Positions 42,031 through 55,300 are shown, counted from the first letter of the stretch. The stretch is DNA of 64,000 bases from Blasia pusilla (GCA_050084515.1 CM114271.1:24428001-24492000); one strand, 5' to 3'. The notes: a model not told the origin generated them from the letters alone. Numbers and translations are program-made.

Positions 42031-45000
42031 CGGCCGCCAATGGCACGGCGGCTGGTTTAGGGTTTGAACAATTTTACCCAAAAATTACCTAGCAATGGCA
42101 ATTTTGCAAGATTGACCATAACTTCACTATGGAGCAAAGCGTGTGTATTGCTGATTGTGGAGGGTATGCCGCGGAGTGCCGCATCCCATTATCGAGTGTC
42201 GTGCCGTTCTATAGCCGTTCCATGCCGCACCGTATCGCTGGATCCGCACCGCATATTGAGGAGGCTTGAGCAGCGTCAATATGAGAGGAGTACGACTTTC
42301 TGATTGGAGGGGTTGTCTTCACGACCGAGTTGGGGTAAAGATTTGCAATTGCAAAGGAGCGATATCAAATTTTGTTTAGGTTACCCATTCTGTTCCGTTT
42401 ACCTTGCAAGTGTGAGGGAATTCTTGGTATTGCGCTGTTATTTGGGGATATTGGGTTTTGTGCAGATGTTGAGAGCATCATTGATGTATGGGTTTAGGGG
42501 ACATAGACCTATGTGTGATATCCAGAGTTGAGGGTATGTCCTGTCGATGAGATGATAGGATAGTAGCCGATTGCCGCACCATGCCGCTTGTTGCCGCACA
42601 ACACACGTCTTAGTGAGAGAGTGTAGATTGAGTGCCGCATGTTAGATTGAATGATTGAGTGATTACACGCGAGGTTGAGAGTGATCGTGAGAGAGGGGCA
42701 TGAGGGTCATCACGGCGTCCTTTTAGGACTTTGAGAGGTGAGGTGGTGGACCTGAGAGTAGCTCTAGAGGGTTTACCCAGAGTGGTGCAAGGTTTTGAGG
42801 GTCTCCATGTGAGAGACCACCTCAATCTCTTTTTGTGTCGTCTTCAAACGAGGGGGAGAGTGTAGAGGATTTTGTTAGTGATTCGTAACACACACTAAGT
42901 GGTCCTACCAGTTGGGCGTACGAGATGGATGACCGGGATAGAGGATCACGTAGGTTTTTGGGTGATGGAGGCACGATAGAGTTGCACAACTTCATTGCGG
43001 AGTTTAGGAGTTGGTGTGACTCACAACGGGCTAGGAACTCCAGATAGTTCCACCCGTTTACAGCATGGAATAGAATGGAATGTTCCAGCATCTAGAGGGG
43101 CATTCATGGACGATAACCATGAGTTCTCCCATAGATATGCTCAAGAGATTGAGGCATGGCGACTCTACTATGACCCACACTATGTGTCATGGACGGAGCC
43201 GTTCCCAGATGAGGAGGAGGAGTTAGGAGAAGTTACTTCCTCTTCCACTAGTGATGTTTTAGGAGGGATCACTTGCACTAGAGCAGTTGCACCATCCAGT
43301 CGGGTGCGTCCCATGTTCAACTTTGTGGTTGAGTTCTTTGCTGAGTTGCAAGCGAGCTACCAAGGGGTACGGACGGAGAGGTTGTGGAGCATCCACGACT
43401 TCCAGAGGCACCCGGTGAGAGTTTGCGTGAGGCTTACAGTCGCTTGCATCGGTTGATCAACGTTACTCATGGGGTGACAGAGGCTTAGGCTACCCAGTCA
43501 TTGTACGCGATGTTGGATCGAACCTTGAGGACACGTGTGCGAGAGGGGGTGCTTCTTATGAACACCTCCCCTACGTTGAGAGATGTTCTTAGGACCGTCG
43601 AGAATATAGAGCGCAACATGGCAGAGGAGAGCGTAGCCACCATGGGTTCTGGGCGAGAGCAATCACGATTTCCTGCACCACCAGTGCATCAATGTGGATT
43701 TTGAGATAGGTTTATGGCACCACGAGCTCAAGGAGGATACCGGGAGGCCGTGCCACAGAGACCTCCGCCTTCATATGCCGCTCAACACCAACGGCCTAAG
43801 ATTATTTGTTGGGCATGTGATGGAGCCCATCACAAGCGCGATTTCACTCATCACGGTCATGGATGCGTGCCTCAGCATGGAGGAGGAGTTGGTGCTGCAC
43901 CAGGAGGTTATCAATGTGACTATTGTCACAAGTACGGTCATACACGCACCAAGTATTTCAATTTACACCTTGAGTTACGTCCGGACCGAGGGCCAGAGAG
44001 GGCACTAGAGCGAGTTGTTGGTCCGGGTGAGCCTAGAGGTCGTGCACCAGGTGGTCCCATTGGGGGACGAGGAGGTGGAGTTTCCCGTGGAGGAGGTAGT
44101 GTTGCACCACCTAGATGCGTCGAGGGAGACATTGGGTGTGAGGTTGGGATGGCTGCTTAGATACAACAGCTACAACAGTAGATTACCATTGTGGCACTAA
44201 GGTTATCTAATGTCGGATCGGTGGCATCGACGTCTTAAGGAGTAGCCAGAGATATGGCGGATCCTGGCTGGATGTGCGGGGTTGCCCAGATGGAGGCTGC
44301 CGCAAGTGTTATGTGTGGAGCAGCTGCAGAGTTGGATCCTCAACGAGGGGAAGCCAGGAAACAGACCAGGCTTCCTCAGTCTTTCACGTTATCCGAGGTG
44401 ATGAGGATCCCATCGATGGGTCCTCATCCCCGGAGAGTTCATGATGTTGTTGGTGTGCAGGCACAGAGGGCGATGGGAGAAGCAAGTGTGATGACTCCTA
44501 TTGCTGATGCTCAAGAGGACCATGTGTCGAGCACATTGTTGGGGGCGGCCACAATTGTGTACCGCGCTCCTTTATTTTCTGCTTCCGATGTTATGACGTT
44601 GGAAGGTACGCCCACCAAGGTTTTCCGGTTGGCCGCTACGCTATGTGAGCGTGGAGTTGGAGTTCCTACATCACCTTCAGAGGTGATTGCAAAGGAGGTG
44701 ATGGACCTGCCCTTGGAGCCAATGCTCGAGCCGTCCACATCAGATTCATGGCAAGCTGCAACTGCTAGGATGACGAAGATGCCCACTAGACTCACGATAG
44801 AGTGTGCCATGGTTTCTCCTTGTGTTGTGTTGTTGGATAACTAGGGAGAGGTCTTCAAGTTGGTGAGTCCATGAGGTAGAGCTTTTAGTCCGCAGTCCGT
44901 CTTGTTGGATTTAGGAGCGCAACCCCTTATGTTGGGGAAAGCGGCATTAAGAGGTTTGGGCTTGACAAGGGCCGGAGCATTGTCCATTCAGGATACATAC

Positions 45001-45613
45001 ATCCTTGGGTGGAGTGAGTACCACACAGTATATCACCGGATAAGAGGTCGTGGTGAGGATTCACCTGGGATATCCTATAGATGAGTCAGTGGTGTGAGCC
45101 AAGGCGATAGTGATCGATGCATAGTCCTACGACGTCTTGGTTAGTGGAGCAGTATTGTACCCGATGGGGTTTTTCCTCGATTACAGGGAGGAGTCAGTGT
45201 CCTACACACCAAGATGGCAGTTCGATGATGGACCACTTTGTTCATTACCCGTTCGATTCATGGGTGGAGTGATCGAGTGACGGCCATGAGAGATGGCGAC
45301 CTTAGTAGCATTTAGCAGTGCCATCACTTGGCCTAGTGATTTGATTGAGGGACATGTCCATGCGGAGGACACTCCCAGTCCTGACATTTATATGGAGAGG
45401 AGTGTCATGGTACCCGCATCATTCCGTGGAGGAAAGTTGCCACTTTGGGGCTCGACTAAGGAGCTTTGACGCTTAGCCGCTGAGCATGTGCAGACTGTGT
45501 GGAGCAAGACGTTTGCACAAGAGCGTGATGGGTCAAAGGAACCCGAGGTAGCTAAGAGTGCTACTATGATCCCTTTGGACACCACCCTGATTGTGTGGTG
45601 CATTCTAGAGGAG

Positions 45614-46565
45614 GGTATTTGCGTGATAGATCTCTTTGGCAGGATTAGCACTAGTTTAGCTGCTATTTTACAGGCTAAAGTACTCGTGCAGCAATACTTG
45701 TATGTAGAGATTGATGATGTTGCAAGGTGCGCTTCACTTCACCATGTGGCGTAGTTACGCCTCCATTTTCCCAACTTGTTGTCTGCGTCCGTTGTCCAGG
45801 GATACCAGAGTTCCCTACCAAGGGATATTTCATTGTTGGGGGCGTAGGACTTGGAGCGGGTAGGGACCATCAACTTGGTCATTGCTGGTTGGCCGTGTCA
45901 GGGCCAATCAAGTGTTGGACGAGAAAGCGGATTAGCTGACTCTCAATCCAGGTTGTTTTGGGAGATGATGCGGATCTTGGGACATTTACAAGAGCATCAG
46001 TCTCGTTCTTCATCATACATTTTGGACAATATGCCAATTTTGGGCGATTCGAGGTCCCGCGTGGTGACGAGTGTACATCAGGTTCGCGCATGGATCGGCC
46101 CAACAATATTTTTGGATGCGGCAAGTGTAGGTTCACGAGCACATTGCTGGCGTCTTTGGCGGACCAACTTGGTGCCACATGAGGTTTTGCGTAGGGTGTA
46201 TGCAAGAGTGGGGCGTCCCTCCGATTTGTTGGTGTATTCTATTATGGATCCAGGTCGTCAATCACAGGCAGCGAGGCACGATGATCGACCGTCGTTGACT
46301 GTGGTCAACAAGATTGGTATGCCGCAAGCAACCTTTCCCACATTTGTGAGTTTTCCCGCTCCCTATGCATTCAAGGAGGTCGGGCCTGACTTGGTTTGGG
46401 ATGACCAAGTACAACGGTTAGTGGAGCCCAACGCCAATGAGCGAGAGTGAGCGATGGGATTCCCCACAGGAATGAAGGTAGTACCGTCACTATTAAAGTC
46501 ATCACAATGTCATGCTTTGGGTCAGGAAATGGACATGAACTGCTTGACATGGATTTTGAGCTTAG
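45614..46565 (+). pseudogene. DNMT3-like cytosine-5 DNA methyltransferase domain within a retrotransposon polyprotein
   Basis: Single frame with motifs in canonical order: I VIDLFGRISTSL, II YVEID, III RDI, IV NLVIAGWPCQG (Cys at 45896), V GLADSQSRLFWE, VI YILDNM, VIII AHCWRLWRTNL, IX ERE*AMGFP, X ALGQEMDMNCLTWIL. Three in-frame stops (45752, 45845, 46448). Confidence 0.9.
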
Positions 46566-47083
46566 GAGTAGCTGAGCAACGTCGTTTGAGGTTCCGATAG
46601 ATTACAGATGTTGCGTTGGTGAGCCCCATGCCTATTGAGACGGTTGAGGCAGTGGCTGGGGGCGAGACTCGAGGAGATCAACATACCAAGGGTGATCGAG
46701 AGAGACACCCTTGGACTTCTTGGGATGTGTTGGAGGTACGCATGGAGATGATAGCCACATCATCAAGCGTGGTTCCAGATACTGCACGTGGAGGAGATCC
46801 GATTTTACAATTGGCTGGAGGAGAGCAATCGAGTTCTGTTGTTTGAGATAGGGTTGGACCATAGCAACCACCAACATCCGCGCCAGAGAGTCCTATGATG
46901 GAGACTTGGGAGCCAGATATGGGCCCTAAGTTGACAGGAGGAGAGCGGCGCTAGATACATCCGTTCCTTAGGAGTTATAGGAGTTTTTTTGCATTTAGTA
47001 TGCATGATTTGGGTACACTGAAGGGTCCAAACATCTGCATTGAGTTGTCGAGTGACACGTCGATCTTCTACCGATCTTGTATG

Positions 47084-48890
47084 TGTGGAAAATTTCTAAA
47101 CAAACATAACTGGTGGAAAACGGCTCTCACACACACACACCACCACGGAGAACGAAATTTGCAATGAGAGAATGAGTGGAGGCAGGTCCTCTTCTCAATT
47201 ATATAGGGTATGTACAAGAAATCCTAACCCTAACCTTAACCATAGTCTTGAGTTACACTTATTGTGATTAACTAACCCTAATTAAGATAATCGTGCTTAA
47301 GTGACTAACCAAGATTAAGATTCCCTACTTCGTGTGAGTACCAAATATAGTAGTTCAGGTGTCTCATGAGCTTGACTATAACTCAATCTTCAATACTCCC
47401 CCTCAAGCTCATATCGATATTTCTAACGCCTAAATCCTTTCTAAACATCTCAAACTTATCTCTAGACAATGCTTTTGTAAAGATGTCAATAATTTGCTGA
47501 TCTGTATCTATATATACAAGATCAATTTCTAGTACAAGCACTTTCTCTCTGATAAAATGATAGTGCACTTCAACATGCTTTGTACGAGCATGAAACACAG
47601 GGTTATTAGCAAGCTTGATGCTACTAATATTGTCTGCATATATTACATTAGGTCCTAAATTACTAACACCAATCTCAACAAGTAATCGATGAAGCCACAC
47701 CGCCTCACATGCAGCATTGGTTGCTCTTATGTACTAAGCCTCTATTGAAGATAAAGCAACTGTAGGTTGCTTCTTTGAAGCCCAACTTATAGTTGCGCTT
47801 CCCAAAGAAAATGAATAACCATATGTGGTGTGTCGATCAAACACGCTTCCAACCCAATCAACATCTGTGAATTTCTCTAATTGAAAACTCGGAGAAGGTT
47901 CAAATTGAAGCCCGAATTGAATAAAAAATTTCACATACCGCATAATCCTCCTCACAACATCAAGGTGAGGTTTTCGAGGTGCTTGCATAAATTGGCTCAC
48001 TAGGCCAACAACATAGCTCAAATCTAGTCTGGTTATAGTTAGATAGATCAAACTTCCAACCATGCGCATGTACATATTAGAATCTGCAAGCAGCTCTCCT
48101 TCATCCACTCTTAGCTTCACGCTCTGGTCCAACGGTGTAGAGATTGGCTTACAAGCCGTCATACCATATTTTGAAAGCTTATGAAGAGCATATTGTCGTT
48201 GTAGTAACCACATGCTCTCTCTAACCTTGATAAACTCAATACCAAGGAAGAACTTGAGTTCTCCCAAGTCCTTCACATCAAATTCTGCTTGTAACTTAAG
48301 CTTGACTTGTTGTACCATTTCTTCAGTACTTCCAGTAATCAAGAGATCGTCAATATACAACACAATGAAACTATATGATCTCGTCCTCTCAAGACCTATA
48401 ACGAGGAGTCAAAATCACATACCCTAAAACCCAACTCTTGAAGGACGTATGTAATCTTGCCATACCAAACTCTTGGAGCTTGTTTGAGCCCGTATAGAGC
48501 TTTCTTCAACCTGGATACACGAAATGGAAACTTGGGATGCTTGTATCCAGGTGGTTAAGTCATATCCATTCAAGAAGGCATTCTTGACGTCCATGTGATA
48601 TAATCTCTACTTCTTACTTATTGCAATTGCAACCACTGTTCTCATAGTCTCCATCTTTGCAACAGGGCTAAACATTTCCTCATAATCAAAACCATATTAT
48701 TGTGCATAGTCCTTAGCCACCAATCTCGCTTTGTATCTGTTAATTGTACCATCTTGATTGCGCTTGATTTTGTAAACCCATTTGTAACCAATAGCTTTTT
48801 TTACCGGAGGGTATATCAACCAGCTCCCATGTTTGTTGATGTCTTAATACAACAAGCTCGTCCTCCATAGCTTCAATCCATTCGGCTTTA
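47084..48890 (-). mobile_element. Ty1/copia 3' part: RT, RNase H, PPT and 3' LTR (47084-47395)
   Basis: LYIDDLLITG, SKKQPTVALSSIEA, NPVFHARTKHVEVHYHFIRE and SLRGS. PPT GAGGGGGAG followed by an LTR ending TTTCCACA. Confidence 0.95.
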
Positions 48891-51326
48891 TGTAATATCT
48901 TAGTGTTTCTTATTAACAGTCAATTGTAGAGTTCAATCCCCAAGAGGATCATTGTTGGATGAAAAGAGAGTATAAAGTGATGATTATGTTGTAAAAGTGT
49001 AATTGATTATGTAATTCAAATGTAGTATTCCAGTATCAGCTTCCGATCCTTCTTAGTACCTAGGTTTTCTTCTTCAATTCTCTCAAGTGGAGTTTAAAGG
49101 ACGCTCAAGCAATTTGTTCTCTCATCATCTCGGAACCTCACAGAGACCTCAAGAATAAAGCTGGCTTCTCCTACTTTCGGAACTCAATCCGTCGGGGTAG
49201 GTTACTCTCTGTCAAACAGATTTTATACAACTTTATATTGATTATTCCATTGATGAGAAAGGTTTTGATTCACTCTTCACTCGGCAGACCCAAAAAGAAT
49301 ATTCAGACATAAGCATCGCACATCAGAATGAATGAATGAATGCCTTACAACTCCATCAAGAATTGGAAGACTTCAAAGTATCTACAAGCTCGAGAGGGTA
49401 CAACTCTCTTGCTCGGACCATTCCTACAGCATAAGGACTTCATGAGCGAATGATGCTAATAGCTTCATCTGTTTCTTAAATATTCTCGAGAGTAGGATGG
49501 TTTCTATGATCCGAAGCGTTCTTGATGAAGTTGGTGTCTTTTCAATATCTGTAACTACCTAGATCTATGGTTCTCTTAGCTTTTCCTACGATCCCTATGA
49601 ATCCGCGGTACAAAACTGTCCTAACTACAATTTGATACAAAGGGTCGCGCCTTTCCTAGTCTAATTGTTTAAAGTATGTGTCGTTTGAATCTCAATCATC
49701 TTTGAGCACTGCGCTAATTTTCCGGAGGACGAAGTGCTTCTTTCTTCTTAGGTGCCGTGCTTTGCGTTCTTCGTTCAAGAGCGAAGTACTTCGTATATAG
49801 AGCCGTTGAGCTTCGTTAAACTTTGTTAAGCTTTCGCTAAGCTTTGGCTTTGAGCTTTTTGCAGCGTTGATCCTTTATACTTCTTTCTGACTTTTGATTC
49901 TCCTCTAAGGCAAATCCTTGATCTTCATCTCTCGCCTTGTCTTGGAGCTTGGTGATTCACTTATTCTTCTTCATAATAATAGATAATCATAATCAAAATC
50001 ATAATATACAAGAGTCTTCGTTGAATAAAAAGATATATTCTTCAAGATTACAAAATTGTGGGTATCACATACCCCCTCCCTAAAATGTGAGCCGCCCCGG
50101 CGAACACTTCATGATGTATCTGCTATCTCCATAAATGTGTCGTCTAAACTATCAAATTCAGGGGTAGGCACCAAACGGCCATGAATCGTAGAAGGTTTGT
50201 TGATAATGTTAGGGGTATGATTGCGCATTCTTTCTCGCGACTTGTTAACAACTAAGTGACTCCCGAGGACTTCATTCTGGACTAAGACATCAGATGGAGT
50301 GAATGCTGGTAATTCTTCAAGAGTAATGGAAAGAGTGGGTACTACTTCTGGAAGAGATTTAGTATGATTGTCGAATTGGCACTTCCAATGTTTGTTGATG
50401 TAGTCGATTTCCTCGTTCATCTGCTCTTCGAAGTTCTTGCTTGCTTCGTCGACTTGTTCTTTGACATCGTCCGGGTCCATCTGGGCTTCGTTAAGTAGCT
50501 TTTGCTTTGCCTCCAAGACTGCGATCCTCCCGGTAGCCTCTGCCCACTGTGCCAGTAAGTCTTTGTTCGCTTCTTGATGTTCTTGAAGCAGCTTCGAAGA
50601 CTCGGCATGTTGGATCGACAACTTCTTGAATTCGTGTGAACCTCTTTGATTCGATGTCGATACTTGTCAATGAGGTGCGAAGCCTCCTTGATCTGCGAAA
50701 CTAACTGATCCGCCCCACATTCGAGGTTAAGCGCCAAACTTTCCCATTGGCGTGCGTTCCGTGCTTCGTACTGACACTGGACCAAGTCGCTCTAAGATTT
50801 GCAAAGCGTGGTCTGCGTTTCTTCGAGTTCCTGATTCCGTATTTGCAGATTCGTTTCTGCTACTCGACGCTGTACTTTCGTGGTCTGACGAAGCTTGGGC
50901 TCTGCATTTGAAGTCGTGCAAGCCTTCTAAATAATCGTCCACGGACGCCGTATCCTCGAGGTGAAGAACCCGTTGGAGTTGGTTCATGACGGGAACTGCC
51001 AATTGCAAGAACCACATCATGTCGTCTGCCGTCTGCGACATGAGACGAAGGGTAGGTTGATGATCCCTTGCCCGCGGGGTCTCAGAATCCTCCTGCATGA
51101 CAGGTTCTGGGCCCGGGGGTGATTCAAAATTGACCCGGCCTCGCTTTGGCCGAGGCATTTCGTTGATAGCTTCGTCTTTCTTCAAAGCCGAAGTGTGCGG
51201 ATGTTGCTGAGGTGCTTCGGAGGGCGGGGTGACTTCGCGGCTACCCCTGGTACTAGTTGCGCCTTTCCGTGGTAGTCGGACGGGGGTCACTTGCGACCAA
51301 TCTAACGCCTCCTCTGCGGTCAATTC
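48891..51326 (-). mobile_element. 3' end of a third LTR retrotransposon (probably gypsy): extra ORF, PPT and 3' LTR (48891-50069)
   Basis: Minus-strand PPT AGGGAGGGGGTA, then TGTGATA...TATTACA termini. Interrupts the copia RT at KAEWIEAM. Confidence 0.8.
50109..51326 (-). pseudogene. Frameshifted accessory ORF (charged, coiled-coil-like) just upstream of the PPT
   Basis: Overlapping ORFs 50727-51329, 50417-50785 and 50109-50621 tile the region. No pol motifs. Stop lies about 40 bp from the LTR. Confidence 0.6.
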
Positions 51327-51348
51327 CACTAGTAGAAATCCCTGGTTT

Positions 51349-52045
51349 TATGACTAGGTTATATGACTCATATGAGTCATATTTTACATACCACGACTAA
51401 CAATGACTAACGACTACTTTAGACACAAAAGCCAAGTCATATTTGTTTGGTGACTAGGCTAACTAGGATGGTCAGCTTAGGTGGAGGTTGGTATATGACT
51501 AGAGGGTGTAGTCATGAGGCCATGACTAACACGTCACTCAGATGACGTGGAATAATGACACATCATCAATGACATGGACTATTTAGTGTGATGTGTCACG
51601 ATGACATGGACTATTCTTTGTGACATGTCGCGATGATGTGGACTTGAGTACGACTCGTTTAGTCATATGTGTATATTTTTCTAGTTACCACGAACGACTC
51701 CTTTAGTCATGGTTGGTGTGCAAAATTTCAGGATATCCTATCAAAATGCACCAAGTATACTCCATTGAGTTATAGTTGGCAACTCATGTAGTCATTTTAT
51801 TTTATTGAAATGTTGGTATGGACTCATGTAGTCATGTACTATGACTAGAAGAGTAGAGTTACATGACTACTATAAAAGAGGACACAACTGGTTTAGTCGT
51901 GAAGATATGACTATATGAGTAGCGGAAATTATATAGCCATTGCAACAGAACTGCATGAGTCATATAATTATGACTAGAGAGAACTTGAAGCTTACTACTT
52001 TAGTTTTTGAAGAGTCTTTGTGCAAGTTATATTGATATGACTAGT
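51349..52045. repeat. CACTA subterminal repeat array
   Basis: Many copies of (A)TGACT(A) and (T)AGTCAT in both orientations next to the terminal CACTA. Confidence 0.85.
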
Positions 52046-52339
52046 GGGAATATAAATTTTTGATATTTTGGAATATTTATTATGCCTTTTGAACGGTGCA
52101 AGAATGAATGGATCTGAATTATTGAAATCCTCTTTTGAAAACAGATTTTGAGGGGTGGAATGTCACTTAAGAATAGCTTCCATACACCAAATTACAAAAT
52201 TAATCATTATTACATGGGGTTATCATTCAAAAATAGATAAAAATACAAATATCAAATATAATAGGGTTTATGATCTCATCTTGAAAGAGCAAGAGAGATT
52301 ATGTCATCCATGAAAACAAAGTTATTGCACCTTAGATAG

Positions 52340-55300
52340 TTGGGTGCCAAAAGAAAAGACTATTCTATTGATTCATCTTTCTCATATGCATCTCTCTGGC
52401 CGAGCATGCTTGAACCAAGAGCATCACCAAATGTTTCTGTGAGGTTCGTCTATCAAATTCGGCATCCACAAAGCATGTTCTGGTTCGAACACCTCGTTTA
52501 GATCAACCTCACCACGCCTAAGGGGATGTCTTTGGCATGGAACTTGTCTCTCCCACCAAAACCTGATATAACTCCTGACCCAAGCACCATCCTTCTCAAC
52601 TTTGGCTTGGTGAGTAATACGTGATCATCAATTCGTAGCTAAAAAAATACACAGGCATTTAGTTAGTACCAATTCAAATTCTTTCCACATGCATTTGCAC
52701 CATTAATCTGAAAATAAAAACTGCTATGATATACCTATTTGAAAGACCATCCCCATTTCGGAAGATGACGTGAAAAGTTCACAAGTCCTAGACGACCATT
52801 TGATTTATCCACAACAAGAATTATCGGTGTCGTCATATAAACCTTGAATAGAAGAGGCCATTATAGATGAGATAAATTACCTTAGTTATTTTTTCTTAGA
52901 CGGGCCTGATCTGATTTCACTTTCTGCTCATTCAAACCATCGATTGTAGCCTAGACTTGTCTTTTGGATGGTGATGATTTGGCTTGGCTATCCATACTCA
53001 CGTTTTCTGCACATTATGCACGACAAAGTCCATTGAAGGTTGTAGGAAGAAATGAGTTTTGTTTCGTGGATAGTTTGAAAACTATGCCCTGAGATAAATT
53101 CATTATGCCAAGGATGACATACTTACAGTGATTCGAGTATCACCGTCTGCACTTTCTCGTGGAACTTCTCCTTTTGTTGCTCCGTTCGGCACTTCAACAA
53201 ACAACCCAAGTATTGAGAAATGAATTGTAAAACCAGATTCTTCACTTCAACAAGTAATTATATTATACGACCCTACATGTAGTGAAGCTAAACTCTCTAC
53301 TTACCACCAGTTGTGTAGTTGGCATTGCCTCTTTTGTGTGGAGATCTTCCTCTTCCCTAATTTTCCGGTGAGCGTTGGTATAGGTTCAACATCGACCGTA
53401 AGTTACTCAAAACAAAGAAAGTCAGTTGTGAAATGCTCATCTTTGGAAAGGACAAGTAGTTAAAACCATTGAAAACCAAGGCGGAAGAATGAGAATGGGC
53501 TACGATGTGAGTTTCTCATCTGTTGTTGCATATGGTTGAGAATTGGATGGCGGGGAACTAGAAATCTGGTGTGGTGTTGAAGACACATCCTTTGAAGTAA
53601 GTTTGGACACCATTTCCATGAGTACACTTAATGCCTTGTTTCGCGTTCCATACGCAACTTCACATCATCCAAATCGCTCCACTTCTTTTCCACTTCTTCC
53701 AATTGAATAGTGACTCTAGATTCCACACTCTGCATATATAATCCAACGATCAATTAGGTATCAAAAAATATGGTTTTGCAATTACACACTTAGATACAAT
53801 CATGATACTAACACCATAATTCAACATGATTAAGGATATGATATTAACTCCATGACCCAATCAGATGAAGGTCATAATACTAGCCATGTCAAGCCAACGG
53901 GTAAGAAAAGAGTTAAGCATTTACATTTACCGATGAACTCAATTGTGTGAAACCAGGTTGCTTAGGCAACTCGCTTCTCTCCGTATATTCTAGCCCGTGC
54001 CCAAGGACTCCTTTGAGGTGCGTTGTTGCACTGCACATGCTCCTTAAATACATAAATTATGAAATTCATGCATGTGAAAGGATTCATTGCAAATATGGAA
54101 ATGAAGCAATAATGGAAGTTTTCTACCATTATATAACTTTAGCAAGAAAACTAGGGAATGCCAAGATGACTTACATCAAGTCCATCTAAACTTGCACGGC
54201 CGGAGAAATTTAAAGTCTGGACCTTGGCCCTTGCTCGAGCCATCTTTTCTGCCTTCATTTTTCCTTCCTCGGAGAGCCAATAATCTACTAATCGATTCCA
54301 TGACTCCTCATTGGTATCAGGGTGACATGGGACGCTCGATGAGCCCCATGTAATGTCCAATAGTTCTTGACATTGGATCGCTCGGTTTTCAATAGTTGTG
54401 CTATTTTTTTCTTCATAAAATCAAGCTAAAGAGATGATGCACCCACATATGTGTATGCCTCAAGGATATGATTCTCAAGCAGCTGACCATCTTTGATAGA
54501 ATTCTGTTTACCAATCTCAATACATGATAAGTCCAAGTACCTCATCACCCATACCTTCAATTCATTTAGCCAAGGCTCATAACCTGGGGAACTTTAGGCG
54601 ACGGAATACCATTTGGCATGAGCTCACATCTAGGTTTTAAGTTTTGCTCCTTCCTAATGGAGACATCACGAGTCCACAAATCACGCTTTGTGCTACTCTG
54701 CGCTCTCCTACAAATATACCACCATCCCAATTCTCGGATATAAAAATATAGGGCGAACAATTATAAACTCACCAAATCATAATTATGTTGAACTATATTA
54801 ACTATAAGACCAACTTATACTAGTAACAATTTCACACCTTTCATAATACAACAACCTATTTTAGTATAAATTTGCAAACTTGGAACCAAGTGAGAAGTCA
54901 CCTTTAGATGCACCTGCTTGCGGGGTCAAATTTTCTGATGGGCTTGGTGTTGTGCAAGATTGAGACCTACTACGGTATAATTCATCATCCGTATTCCCGT
55001 TGGCCAATGGAGGTACCAATGGTGTTGGGGCAGCGGTTGGGATGGCCCATGTCCCTTGTGTCCACAAAAAAATACAATTAACTAGTTAGACTTCCAATTA
55101 ATTGAATTCCGTGTGCAAAACAAGAAAGAACAGAATAGTAAGCCTGCTTACCCATGGGGGTGGGATGTTCATGGATGATTGAGCTCCATTGGTCCATGGT
55201 GGCTGAAATTGACTTCCATAACCCATCGGTGATTGCATCATCATTGGTACCCACCACGGCATTTGGCTTTGTGCCCATGGGGGTGGATGAGGGGGATATG

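Larger units (their letters stand above)
41221..47083 (+). mobile_element. Ty3/gypsy-type retrotransposon encoding gag, protease, a C5 DNA methyltransferase and the RT linker; interrupted by a copia insertion
   Basis: gag from ATG 42925 (GESLREAYSRL; knuckles CWACDGAH and CDYCHKYGH). Protease VLLDLGAQP...YDVLV. MTase at 45614-46565. Then LRSYRSFFAFSMHDLG...IELSSDTSIF, typical of the gypsy pre-RT segment. 5' boundary inferred from homology with 1206-4614. Confidence 0.85.

Noticed and set aside
45614-46565. Host DNMT3/DRM gene or bacterial restriction-modification contamination
   Set aside because: No introns, no separate start or regulatory domains and no DRM-type motif permutation. It is in frame with protease and pre-RT sequence and embedded in plant retroelement DNA.
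51349-52045. Regularly recurring short motifs resembling a CRISPR-like array
   Set aside because: Motifs are about 7 bp, occur in both orientations with irregular spacing and abut a CACTA terminus, so they are subterminal repeats.
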